Of a DNA stretch of 64,000 bases, positions 42,480 to 50,347 are shown piece after piece. The notes beneath the pieces are model-generated. The model ran no database searches, was not told the DNA's origin, and saw only the letters and a program-made list of their open reading frames with translations. Position numbers and translations under genes: made by a program. How positions within the stretch are numbered: the stretch's first letter is position 1; each line of letters starts with the position of its first letter. Origin of the DNA: an uncultured Desulfobacteraceae bacterium. Its GTDB lineage: Bacteria; Desulfobacterota; Desulfobacteria; Desulfobacterales; UBA5616. The stretch is from assembly GCA_964386565.1 (NCBI GenBank), contig CAYLRU010000001.1:153375-217374 (forward strand). Direction: 5' to 3'.

Positions 42480-42565
42480 CCCCCCTGATCCCCTTGAGGG
42501 GGGGGGGTGGGGTGTTCATGGCGAAAGCAAATCCGGTTTGCCATGTTTTTCAACAGGCTGAACAC
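42480..42565 (+). repeat. Structured repeat, copy B (same family as 4920-4997)
   Basis: CCCCCCTGATCCCCTTGAGGGGGGGGGGT, then GGGGTGTTCAT, 36 nt, then GGCTGAACAC. It lies between the FAH stop and the MBL start. Confidence 0.7.
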
Positions 42566-42636
42566 GGACTTCAACTTTTCTGTCCTCATTAACTGCCGAA
42601 TTTTAGATTTTAAACCTGATCAGGAGGGTGTTATAT

Positions 42637-43587
42637 ATGAAAAACATTCCATACACCAAGGGGCTTCACCAACTGGATGACGGGGTATATGCGTATCTCG
42701 TGCCGGATGGGTCCTGGGGATTGAGCAATGCCGGTCTTGTGGTGGACAATGCCGAGTCTCTGCTGATCGATACGTTGTTCGACAAGAATCTGACCCGGGA
42801 GATGTTAACCGAAATGGCAGCCGCAACCCCGGCTGCCGAATCCATCGATACACTGGTCGTTACCCACGGCAACGGGGATCATTTTTATGGAAGCGAGTTG
42901 TTGAAAGACGCCCGGATCATTGCCTCCAAAGCATGTGCCGAGGAAATGAAAAATTCTCCGCCGGAAATTCTGGCCCAGTTTCTGGAAATGGCCCCGTCAT
43001 TGGGGCCTGCCGGAGAATTTGCCGTAAAAATGTTCGGCCGGTTTGACTTTAAGGGATTAAATCCCCGCCCGGCGACCCGGACATTTGAAGGACGGATGGA
43101 TCTCAAGGTCGGTGAAAAAGAAGTAAGCTTCATCGAGGTGGGACCTGCCCATACCGAGGGGGATGTGATCGTATATATCCCGGAAAACAAAATCGTATTT
43201 GCCGGAGATATGCTGTTTATCGGCGGCACCCCCATCATGTGGGCAGGGCCCCTGTCAAACTGGACCGCTGCCTGTGATCTGATGCTGGACCTGGATGCGG
43301 ATTGGTTTGTGCCGGGACATGGACCTGTAACGGACAAGAAAGGCGTGGCAGATGTGAAGGGTTACCTTGAATTTATTCATGCAGAGGCGTTAAAACGCTA
43401 TGATGCCGGTATGTCCCGGCAGGAGGCGGTTGCGGATATCGACCTGGGGCCGTACAAGGCCTGGGGTGACTGGGAGCGCATCGTGGTGAATATGAATACA
43501 TTGTACAAAGAGTTTTCCGGGGATGATTCCACGTCGGATGTCCTTGGTTTGTTTCAACAGATGGCGGAGTTGATTGTAAAAGCATAA
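42637..43587 (+). CDS. MBL-fold metallo-hydrolase
   Basis: Has THGNGDH, HTEGD and PGHG. The ATG at 42637 sits 9 nt after AGGAGG; the track's GTG at 42628 overlaps the SD. Confidence 0.75.
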   Translation: MKNIPYTKGLHQLDDGVYAYLVPDGSWGLSNAGLVVDNAESLLIDTLFDKNLTREMLTEMAAATPAAESIDTLVVTHGNGDHFYGSELLKDARIIASKACAEEMKNSPPEILAQFLEMAPSLGPAGEFAVKMFGRFDFKGLNPRPATRTFEGRMDLKVGEKEVSFIEVGPAHTEGDVIVYIPENKIVFAGDMLFIGGTPIMWAGPLSNWTAACDLMLDLDADWFVPGHGPVTDKKGVADVKGYLEFIHAEALKRYDAGMSRQEAVADIDLGPYKAWGDWERIVVNMNTLYKEFSGDDSTSDVLGLFQQMAELIVKA

Positions 43588-43646
43588 CAGGAGAACAGCG
43601 TGTCAATAAAAACCGTTAACCCAAACAAATGCAAGGGAGGTAGACA

Positions 43647-45104
43647 ATGATCGGAATCGTATCTTACGGCGCCTACATTCCCCGGATGCGGTTGAACCGC
43701 ATGGCGGTTATGAAGGCCATGGGATGGTTTGCGCCCAACCTCATCGGTTCGGCCAAAGGCGAGCGATCCATGTGCAACTGGGATGAGGACAGCATGACCA
43801 TGGCGGTTGCAGCCAGCCAGGATTGTCTGACGGGAATGGATAAAGACACCATCGATGCCGTATACATGGCATCCACCACGTTTCCCTTTTCGGATCGCCA
43901 GAATGCAGGGATTTTAAAGGCGGCCCTTAATCTGAAAGATGAGATTTCTTCTGCTGATTTTTCTTCTTCTTTAAGGTCCGGCACGTCAGCGTTGATTGCG
44001 GCTGTTGACGCGGTGAAAGGGGGCGAAAAAGGCACGGTGCTGGTGGCGTCCACGGATCAGCGCCGTTCAAAAGCCGCCTCGAGCCAGGAGATGTGGTTCG
44101 GCGACGGTGCCGCATCCCTGATAGTAGGAAAGGAAAATGTCGTTGCCGAATATCTGGGATCTCACAGCCTGTCCGTTGATTTTGTGGATCACTACCGGGG
44201 TCGGGATACGACCTTTGACTATAACTGGGAAGAACGATGGATACGGGACGAAGGATATGCCAAGATTTATCCCAGGGCCATCGGCGCCATGCTGGATAAG
44301 GCTGAAATGGATATTCAGAATGTCGCCAAGATCATCTATCCCTGCGTGATTCCCAGAGCCCACGGCATGATCGGAAAGCGCCTTGGGGCGGCACCGGAGC
44401 AGGTGGCTTCCAACCTGTATGAAGATTGTGGTGAATGCGGTACGGCCCATCCGTTTTTGATGCTGGTGAATGCTTTGGAGACGGCTTCTCCGGGAGATAT
44501 ACTGCTCGTGGCCGGATACGGTCAGGGGTCGGATGTCCTGATGTTTAAAGTAACGGAAAACATTAAACGCCTCCTGCCCCGCGAGGGGGTTTCCTTTTGC
44601 CTGAAACGGAAAAAGGTTGAAGATACGTATACCAAAATGCTGCAGTATACCGACATGCTCCAAACGGAAATGGGTGCCCGGGCTGAAATAGACAACCGCA
44701 CGGCAATGTCCGTCCTTTGGCGGAACAGAAAACTGGTGCTGGGATTTGTCGGAGGAAAGTGCACGGCATGCGGGACGCCCCAGATTCCCAAACAGCGGAT
44801 ATGCGTCAATCCCAAGTGCGGCGCCGTGGATTCCCAGGAGGAATATGAATTTGCACAACAGCCGGCCAAAATTCTGACGTTCACCGGGGACAACCTGGCC
44901 GCATCCCTCGACCCCCCGGCTATCTACGGCATGATTCAGTTTGACAACGGCGGCCGTATGATGATGGATTTTACGGACTGCAGCCTGGATGAAGTGGAAG
45001 TCGGGGTTTCCATGAAACCGTCCTTCAGAAAAAAGTACCATGATAAAGACCGGGGATTTACCGGATATTTCTGGAAAGCGGTTCCCGTTCGGGCCGCAAA
45101 TTAA
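43647..45104 (+). CDS. HMG-CoA-synthase-like (thiolase-fold) domain fused to a DUF35 zinc-ribbon/OB-fold domain
   Basis: 485 aa. The N-terminus IGIVSYGAYIPRMRL...WDEDSMTMAV resembles archaeal HMGCS. The C-terminus GGKCTACGTPQIPKQRICVNPKCG plus an OB-fold tail resembles DUF35. Confidence 0.7.
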   Translation: MIGIVSYGAYIPRMRLNRMAVMKAMGWFAPNLIGSAKGERSMCNWDEDSMTMAVAASQDCLTGMDKDTIDAVYMASTTFPFSDRQNAGILKAALNLKDEISSADFSSSLRSGTSALIAAVDAVKGGEKGTVLVASTDQRRSKAASSQEMWFGDGAASLIVGKENVVAEYLGSHSLSVDFVDHYRGRDTTFDYNWEERWIRDEGYAKIYPRAIGAMLDKAEMDIQNVAKIIYPCVIPRAHGMIGKRLGAAPEQVASNLYEDCGECGTAHPFLMLVNALETASPGDILLVAGYGQGSDVLMFKVTENIKRLLPREGVSFCLKRKKVEDTYTKMLQYTDMLQTEMGARAEIDNRTAMSVLWRNRKLVLGFVGGKCTACGTPQIPKQRICVNPKCGAVDSQEEYEFAQQPAKILTFTGDNLAASLDPPAIYGMIQFDNGGRMMMDFTDCSLDEVEVGVSMKPSFRKKYHDKDRGFTGYFWKAVPVRAAN

Positions 45105-45112
45105 AAAGGGAG

Positions 45113-46327
45113 GTGACAACCATGGCAACAGGAATCAAAGACAAGGTTGCGATCATCGGGATGGGATGCTCCTATTTTGGTGAGCGCTGGGATATGAGCG
45201 GCGAAGACCTGATAGTGGAGGCTTTTGTGGAGTGCCTGCAGGACGCGGGTATTGAAAAAAACGACATCCAGGCGGCCTGGCTGGGGACCTGCATTCCCGA
45301 GATCGGCGTGGGCACCACGGCCATACCCCTGTCCCATGCACTTGGATTGCCCAACATTCCGGTTACCCGGGTTGAAAATGCCTGTGCCACGGGGACCGAG
45401 GCGTTTCGCGGTGCCTGCTATGCAGTGGCTTCGGGCGCATATGATATCTGCCTGGCCCAGGGTGTTGAAAAGTTAAAGGATACAGGGTACGGCGGACTTC
45501 CCGGCAGGGGCGGTATAACCCTGCAGAACATGGTTGCCCCCAACGGCACGGCGCCGGGAAATTTCGCCCAACTGGCCAGTGCCTACCGGGCCAAGTATAA
45601 AATCAGCCGGAATGATTTGAAACTGGCCCTGGCCCATATTTCGTGGAAGAGCCACCAGAACGGCGTAAAGAATCCCAAGGCCCATCTCCGAAGAGAAGTA
45701 TCCGTAGAGACCATTCTGGGCGCTCCCATCATAGCCGACCCGCTGGGGCTGTTTGACTGCTGCGGCGTGTCCGACGGCAGTGCATGTGCCATCGTTACCA
45801 CGCCGGAAATCGCCAGGAAGCTGGGGAAAAAGGATTTCGTGTCGGTAAAGGCCCTGCAGATTGCCGTATCCAACCGGTATGAGAGCCACTTCAACGAATG
45901 GCAGGGGGATCATTTCGTGACCACCGATATTGCTGCGGACCGGGCGTATAAGGAAGCCGGTATCACCAACCCGAGAGAGGAAATCAGCATGATGGAAGTG
46001 CATGACTGTTTTTCCGTCACCGAGCTGGTCACCATGGAAGATTTGAAAATTTCCGCCAGGGGCGGTGCCGTAAAAGACGTTATGGACGGGTTTTACAACC
46101 TGGACGGGGGCGGGGTACCCTGCCAGGCGGACGGCGGCCTGAAATGTTTCGGCCATCCCATCGGCGCGTCCGGCCTCCGGATGATTTACGAAATGTATTT
46201 ACAGCTTCACGGCAGGGCCGGGGAACGACAGATTGAAAATCCACGGTTGGGATTGACCCATAACCTGGGCGGCGCACCGGCAAGCAATGTTTGCTCCATA
46301 TCCATTGTCGGAAAATATGACGCGTAA
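45113..46327 (+). CDS. SCP-x-type thiolase (thiolase-domain protein)
   Basis: 404 aa with the nucleophile context VENACATGTEAF and C-terminal GHPIGASG. It starts 9 nt after the previous gene. Confidence 0.8.
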   Translation: MTTMATGIKDKVAIIGMGCSYFGERWDMSGEDLIVEAFVECLQDAGIEKNDIQAAWLGTCIPEIGVGTTAIPLSHALGLPNIPVTRVENACATGTEAFRGACYAVASGAYDICLAQGVEKLKDTGYGGLPGRGGITLQNMVAPNGTAPGNFAQLASAYRAKYKISRNDLKLALAHISWKSHQNGVKNPKAHLRREVSVETILGAPIIADPLGLFDCCGVSDGSACAIVTTPEIARKLGKKDFVSVKALQIAVSNRYESHFNEWQGDHFVTTDIAADRAYKEAGITNPREEISMMEVHDCFSVTELVTMEDLKISARGGAVKDVMDGFYNLDGGGVPCQADGGLKCFGHPIGASGLRMIYEMYLQLHGRAGERQIENPRLGLTHNLGGAPASNVCSISIVGKYDA

Positions 46328-46341
46328 GAAAAGCGGGCCGT

Positions 46342-46382
46342 GGGCGATAGGCTATAGATCCACAACCCATTGCCTATCGCCC
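46342..46382 (+). terminator. Perfect 11-bp inverted repeat downstream of the thiolase gene
   Basis: GGGCGATAGGC-(19 nt)-GCCTATCGCCC begins 15 nt after the stop. No U-tract follows. Confidence 0.4.
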
Positions 46383-46690
46383 ATCGCCTTTAGAAAAAAA
46401 GAAGATGATGAACGAACAGGAGATTTTATTTACGCGAGAGGACAATATCGTATTCTTCCGGGATGCCGGGTGGTGAAAGATTACTGGCCTGTCAAATATT
46501 TTTCTAATGATTCCTTGAAATATTACTTACACCGCACCTTCAGGAAAGATATACCGCTGAAGCAGCAGGGTTGTTTCCTCGATAAACGCCTCCCGATCGG
46601 GTTCGTCATAGTGATGGCAGATATACCAGTGGACCAGTGCCTGTACGGTCATTATATTTTAAAAGCGCGATAAGTAAAGGGGTGTTAAGG

Positions 46691-47731
46691 ATGAAGTCGG
46701 TCAAAATATTATTAGCGGCTGCATTTTCGTTTTGTTTTTTTAATCCTGCATCTGGAGACGGCTTGTTGCGGATGTCATTCACCATTAACTGCCACGCTCA
46801 GGAACGCCTTTCTGCCGATTTTGCCAAATCCCTCAGAAAGAGTGCCATAGAGCCGGAATCGTTTATGAAGGCCAATTTTGAGTTTGCGCTACATCACGAG
46901 TTGGCCCATGCTCTCTTCGACGTGTTAGACATTCCGGTTTTGGGAAACGAAGAGTTTGCCGCCGACCACGTGGCGTTATTAATGATGCTGAATCCGAGAA
47001 ACCGTATAGCGGAAGAAGAATTTCTCAAAAAACTGGTGGCGGTCTCCGGTGAATGGCTGGTGGAGTGGCGGGAGGAGCGCCGGAGTGATAATGTGATTTA
47101 CTGGGATACTCACCCGCTGACCATCCAGCGGTTTTTTGATATCGGCTGTCTGGCTTATGGCAGCAATCCCGAATTATTAGAATTGCTGCGCAATGAACAA
47201 CGGCTGCCGACGGAACGGACTTTTACCTGTGAAAGAGAATATCTAAACTTTCGACAAAGCGCAGAGCAACTCTTTCAACATTGGGGCCGAAAGGATGTTG
47301 ACACCCCTCCTTCGGTGGTCATCCAAACTAAATTGGAAGAAGTTGATACCGATCTCGGCAAAAAGATCCGGGAATGGCTGGTGCAAAGCCGTCTTGTGGA
47401 AAATACAGCCAATAAAATCAGCCATCTGTTGGAACTTCCAGAGACTTTTACCATCGTCGTTTCAAAATGCGGAAACCCCGATGCGTACTGGAACTATAAG
47501 AGCCGGCATTTGGTCCTCTGTTACGAATTAGCAGAACAGTTTTGGATGAATGCCGGCAAAGTGGAAACGGCGATGCTGGAGCTAAAGGATAGTACACGAC
47601 ATGTCCTTACTGTAAGTTTGACGGGAAAAATGCACGAACACCTGAAAATTATAGCCGAAGGGACTGGAAAAAGTATGGAAGAAATCATTGAACAGATATT
47701 AAATCAAGGGCTTCAATGCAGCCCTGATTAG
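46691..47731 (+). CDS. Putative secreted HExxH metallopeptidase (DUF4344-like) with ribbon-helix-helix-like C-terminal tail
   Basis: The ATG at 46691 gives the signal peptide MKSVKILLAAAFSFCFFNPASG. It has HELAH and NPDAYWNYKSRHLVLCYEL. The tail is LTVSLTGKMHEHLKIIAEGTGKSMEEIIEQIL. The family call is tentative. Confidence 0.5.
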   Translation: MKSVKILLAAAFSFCFFNPASGDGLLRMSFTINCHAQERLSADFAKSLRKSAIEPESFMKANFEFALHHELAHALFDVLDIPVLGNEEFAADHVALLMMLNPRNRIAEEEFLKKLVAVSGEWLVEWREERRSDNVIYWDTHPLTIQRFFDIGCLAYGSNPELLELLRNEQRLPTERTFTCEREYLNFRQSAEQLFQHWGRKDVDTPPSVVIQTKLEEVDTDLGKKIREWLVQSRLVENTANKISHLLELPETFTIVVSKCGNPDAYWNYKSRHLVLCYELAEQFWMNAGKVETAMLELKDSTRHVLTVSLTGKMHEHLKIIAEGTGKSMEEIIEQILNQGLQCSPD

Positions 47732-47814
47732 ACACAGTTAATTCTATATATCGTATTTTTATGTTCCTAGAAGCCATTTCAAAGCCCAACAAGTTACGGC
47801 ATAATTTTATACAG

Positions 47815-47830
47815 ATACTATATATAGTAT
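47815..47830. other. 16-bp perfect AT-rich palindrome
   Basis: ATACTATATATAGTAT lies in the convergent intergenic region 47732-47892. Confidence 0.5.
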
Positions 47831-47892
47831 ATTCAATATGTCTTCTTAATTTTTCACCAGTCATATCGGTCCGGCAATATCGTGTCATATAA

Positions 47893-48720
47893 TCACCTTG
47901 ATTTATCAGGTATACAACTTGAGACGTGAAGCTTCCCGGAAACGGCTGAAATGTCATCCGGTGTAAATATGTCGGCAAACCGTTTTCCGTTTTTGCTCCG
48001 CTGTTTATATAGATCAATGCATGCGGCGACGATTTGAAGGGTTTCATCTTCAGTAAAAATGCCGGGAAGTTCCTGGGCAAGCCTGGGATGACGCCCCAGT
48101 TTCCCGGCCAACAGAATCCTGTATCCCCGTCGCGCTTCGGAAATTGTGCCGGTGGGACAGGCATCGATGCAAAGGCCGCAGGTGCTGCATCGTGTTTCAT
48201 CGATAACAGGAAAGTTATCATCAGCATCAAGGCGAATGACCCTGTCCGGGCATATCCTAACGCAGTCTTCACATTTCGAGCAGGGCGCCTTCGTTACCTG
48301 CGGCTGGCGGGCGCCGATAATGCCGATATCCTTGATCTGGGGCTGGGAGCAGGCATTGGGACATTCGGCCAGAGATACCCTGAACTCATGGTGAAATTTA
48401 AGATCCCCTTTCACCTGCTGTTTTAAAAAACCCAGAATATCGGCGTCACTCAATATCGTCTCAAGTTTTTTCATCAATGCCGAAGACGCCATGGCCCTGT
48501 TTTCACATCCGCCCGGTCCGAAACACGTATCCAGTTGGTATCCTTTTATTTCAGATGCCATGCCGCTTAAAAAGCGCTGCCGGGAGGCATTCACCTCGGC
48601 AAAATCAACGATATGCTTGCCTGCCGCTGCCGCCTCTTTTTCGACGCGTTGCCGAACTTTCTTGCGAACGAAAAACGGCACTTTTCTGATTTCTTCTTCT
48701 GCTTGGGGCGTCCATTTCAT
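47893..48720 (-). CDS. Small Fe-S protein with PCP-reductase-like N-terminal domain, sulfite/nitrite-reductase-type Cys motifs and inserted 2x[4Fe-4S] ferredoxin
   Basis: 275 aa. The N-terminus is MKWTPQAEEEIRKVPFFVRKKVRQRVEKEA. It has C-x5-C (CFGPGGC) plus C-x3-C (CPNAC), as in siroheme-[4Fe-4S] sites, then CSKCEDCVRICP and CSTCGLCIDACP. Confidence 0.6.
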   Translation of the reverse strand: MKWTPQAEEEIRKVPFFVRKKVRQRVEKEAAAAGKHIVDFAEVNASRQRFLSGMASEIKGYQLDTCFGPGGCENRAMASSALMKKLETILSDADILGFLKQQVKGDLKFHHEFRVSLAECPNACSQPQIKDIGIIGARQPQVTKAPCSKCEDCVRICPDRVIRLDADDNFPVIDETRCSTCGLCIDACPTGTISEARRGYRILLAGKLGRHPRLAQELPGIFTEDETLQIVAACIDLYKQRSKNGKRFADIFTPDDISAVSGKLHVSSCIPDKSR

Positions 48721-48818
48721 AAGATTACCCTTTTCGGCTGAGACTGCCGTACCGGAGAAAATGATGCATTGACTTAAGCCAAAAAAGGCTGGTTACCGTT
48801 TTTTCCGTCGATCGGCTT

Positions 48819-50291
48819 TTATTTCAGAAAGTCCATGATCAGTGGGGCGGCACGCACGGAACTCTCTGCGGCAAGTTCCGTGCCGATATTGTCTTGTCCC
48901 ACGTCCGCACCCACGTAAAACAGACCTTCCACCGGGGAAGTGATGGACGGCCTGTCAGATCCGACCTGGCCGACGATCTGGCCCAGCCCGATGATATCCG
49001 ACTGGAACCGCCCGCTGTAGCCTTTTATGGCCGAGCCTTTGATCACATCCCACCAGAGTACGTTTTCCCTGACGCCCGGGTAAATCAGGTCAAGTTCGTT
49101 GATCCGCTGGTTCACATGATCGCCGATATTTTCTTCCGGATCGAACATGACGCCGGGGAAATTCAGCAACTGCCTTCCGGGCGGTGTCAGGGAGGGATCC
49201 ATGTTCGAGGGGATGGGCATGAAGATGGAAAATCGGTTCAGAATTTCCTGCCTGTCAACAGGGCCTGCGTCCGGCGGAATTTCGGTGCTGACAGCGGAAG
49301 CCTGCAAATCGACGGGTATGCCGAAAACCACCGGGGGTTCCACCACCGGCTTTTTGAGAAGGACTTTAATATTTAAAAAATTGTTCGTGAACAGGTCCGA
49401 TCCAAAAGTTCCGGAGGAAAGGGTTTGGACATAATCTCTGTATTGACGGGTGACGGCGTCTTCGGGGAGCATGTTCATCACGGTTTCTTTTACACCGGCA
49501 TTTGAAATCACGGCCCGTGCGCTGATCTCTTCCCCGGTTTTCAATGTTACGCCGCAGGCCCGCCCGTTTCGGATCAGGATCGATGCCACGGGGGAACCGG
49601 TCCGGATTTCTCCAGTGTAATGGCGAATGATTTTGACGAATCCATCGGGAATGGCCTGGCATCCGCCCACGGGATAACCCAGATTCCGCTTCAGATGCCA
49701 GTTTCGGGTCATGCGGATGACTTCTCCGGCGCTGGCCTCGGAGATGGCGACAACGCCCATGAGCATGCTGCGATGGTTATGCAGGGAAAGCAATGTCTCG
49801 TTGGAAGAGTAGTTTTTCAGCCATGCCTCATAGGTGACATTGTCCAGTTCATGGGTTTTTTCAAGGGGCATGTGGTAGATATCATGATTCAATCTCAAAG
49901 CGGCCTGGTAATCCGCTTCCGGCATCATCAATCCCTTCAGCGTATCCTGCAAGTCTTTTTCCGAGGCAAAGCTTGGATCGGGGTAGACATAAGATCTGCC
50001 TCCGAAAAAAAGCACGGGCTTGTTGTCGGGATCCACATGCCAGAATGTTATGGCATTCTTCATTTCGGTTTTTTCCAGGATCCGGCCGAAAGGCCCTTTT
50101 TCACAGGATGCAAACATGTGGATAAAAGCGTCGATGGTACAGTCGTTTTTGTGATAACTCACGCATCGTCCGCCCACGATCCTGTTTTTTTCCAGGACCA
50201 GCGTTTTCAAACCGGCATGGCTGAGAAGCGCGGCGCACCCCAATCCACCGACGCCCGCTCCGATAACAATGGCATCGAAGTTTTTGTTCAT
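48819..50291 (-). CDS. FAD-dependent oxidoreductase, phytoene-desaturase (CrtI)-like
   Basis: The ATG at 50291 (MNKNFDAIVIGAGVGGLGCA...) is preceded by AGGAG. It has the GxGxxG dinucleotide fold plus a CrtI-like C-terminus. The track start at 50348 adds 19 residues. Confidence 0.8.
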   Translation of the reverse strand: MNKNFDAIVIGAGVGGLGCAALLSHAGLKTLVLEKNRIVGGRCVSYHKNDCTIDAFIHMFASCEKGPFGRILEKTEMKNAITFWHVDPDNKPVLFFGGRSYVYPDPSFASEKDLQDTLKGLMMPEADYQAALRLNHDIYHMPLEKTHELDNVTYEAWLKNYSSNETLLSLHNHRSMLMGVVAISEASAGEVIRMTRNWHLKRNLGYPVGGCQAIPDGFVKIIRHYTGEIRTGSPVASILIRNGRACGVTLKTGEEISARAVISNAGVKETVMNMLPEDAVTRQYRDYVQTLSSGTFGSDLFTNNFLNIKVLLKKPVVEPPVVFGIPVDLQASAVSTEIPPDAGPVDRQEILNRFSIFMPIPSNMDPSLTPPGRQLLNFPGVMFDPEENIGDHVNQRINELDLIYPGVRENVLWWDVIKGSAIKGYSGRFQSDIIGLGQIVGQVGSDRPSITSPVEGLFYVGADVGQDNIGTELAAESSVRAAPLIMDFLK

Positions 50292-50347
50292 GATTTTTCT
50301 CCTTTCCCCGGAAATATTTTCAGGTCTGATGCCCTGTGAAAGCAGCA

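Noticed and set aside
42320-42589. 89-aa minus-strand ORF with a PTPPPQGDQGG stretch
   Set aside because: It is the structured repeat (C/G runs) translated, and it overlaps the FAH gene 3' end.
44067-45128. 353-aa minus-strand ORF
   Set aside because: It is antisense to the HMGCS-like::DUF35 gene, has no recognisable motifs and no SD.
46527-46652. 41-aa minus-strand ORF (MTVQALVHWYICHHYDEPDREAFIEETTLLLQRYIFPEGAV)
   Set aside because: The sequence is protein-like and could be a gene remnant. However, a stop lies immediately upstream of the ATG, no SD is present and I cannot assign a family. It is mentioned only in the islet finding.
46287-46673. 128-aa plus-strand ORF spanning the thiolase 3' end and the intergenic islet
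   Set aside because: It starts inside the thiolase gene in another frame, crosses the 11-bp inverted repeat, and has a low-complexity translation.
47685-48272. 195-aa minus-strand ORF
   Set aside because: It is out of frame with and overlaps the well-supported 47893-48720 Fe-S gene, and it extends into the AT-rich convergent spacer.
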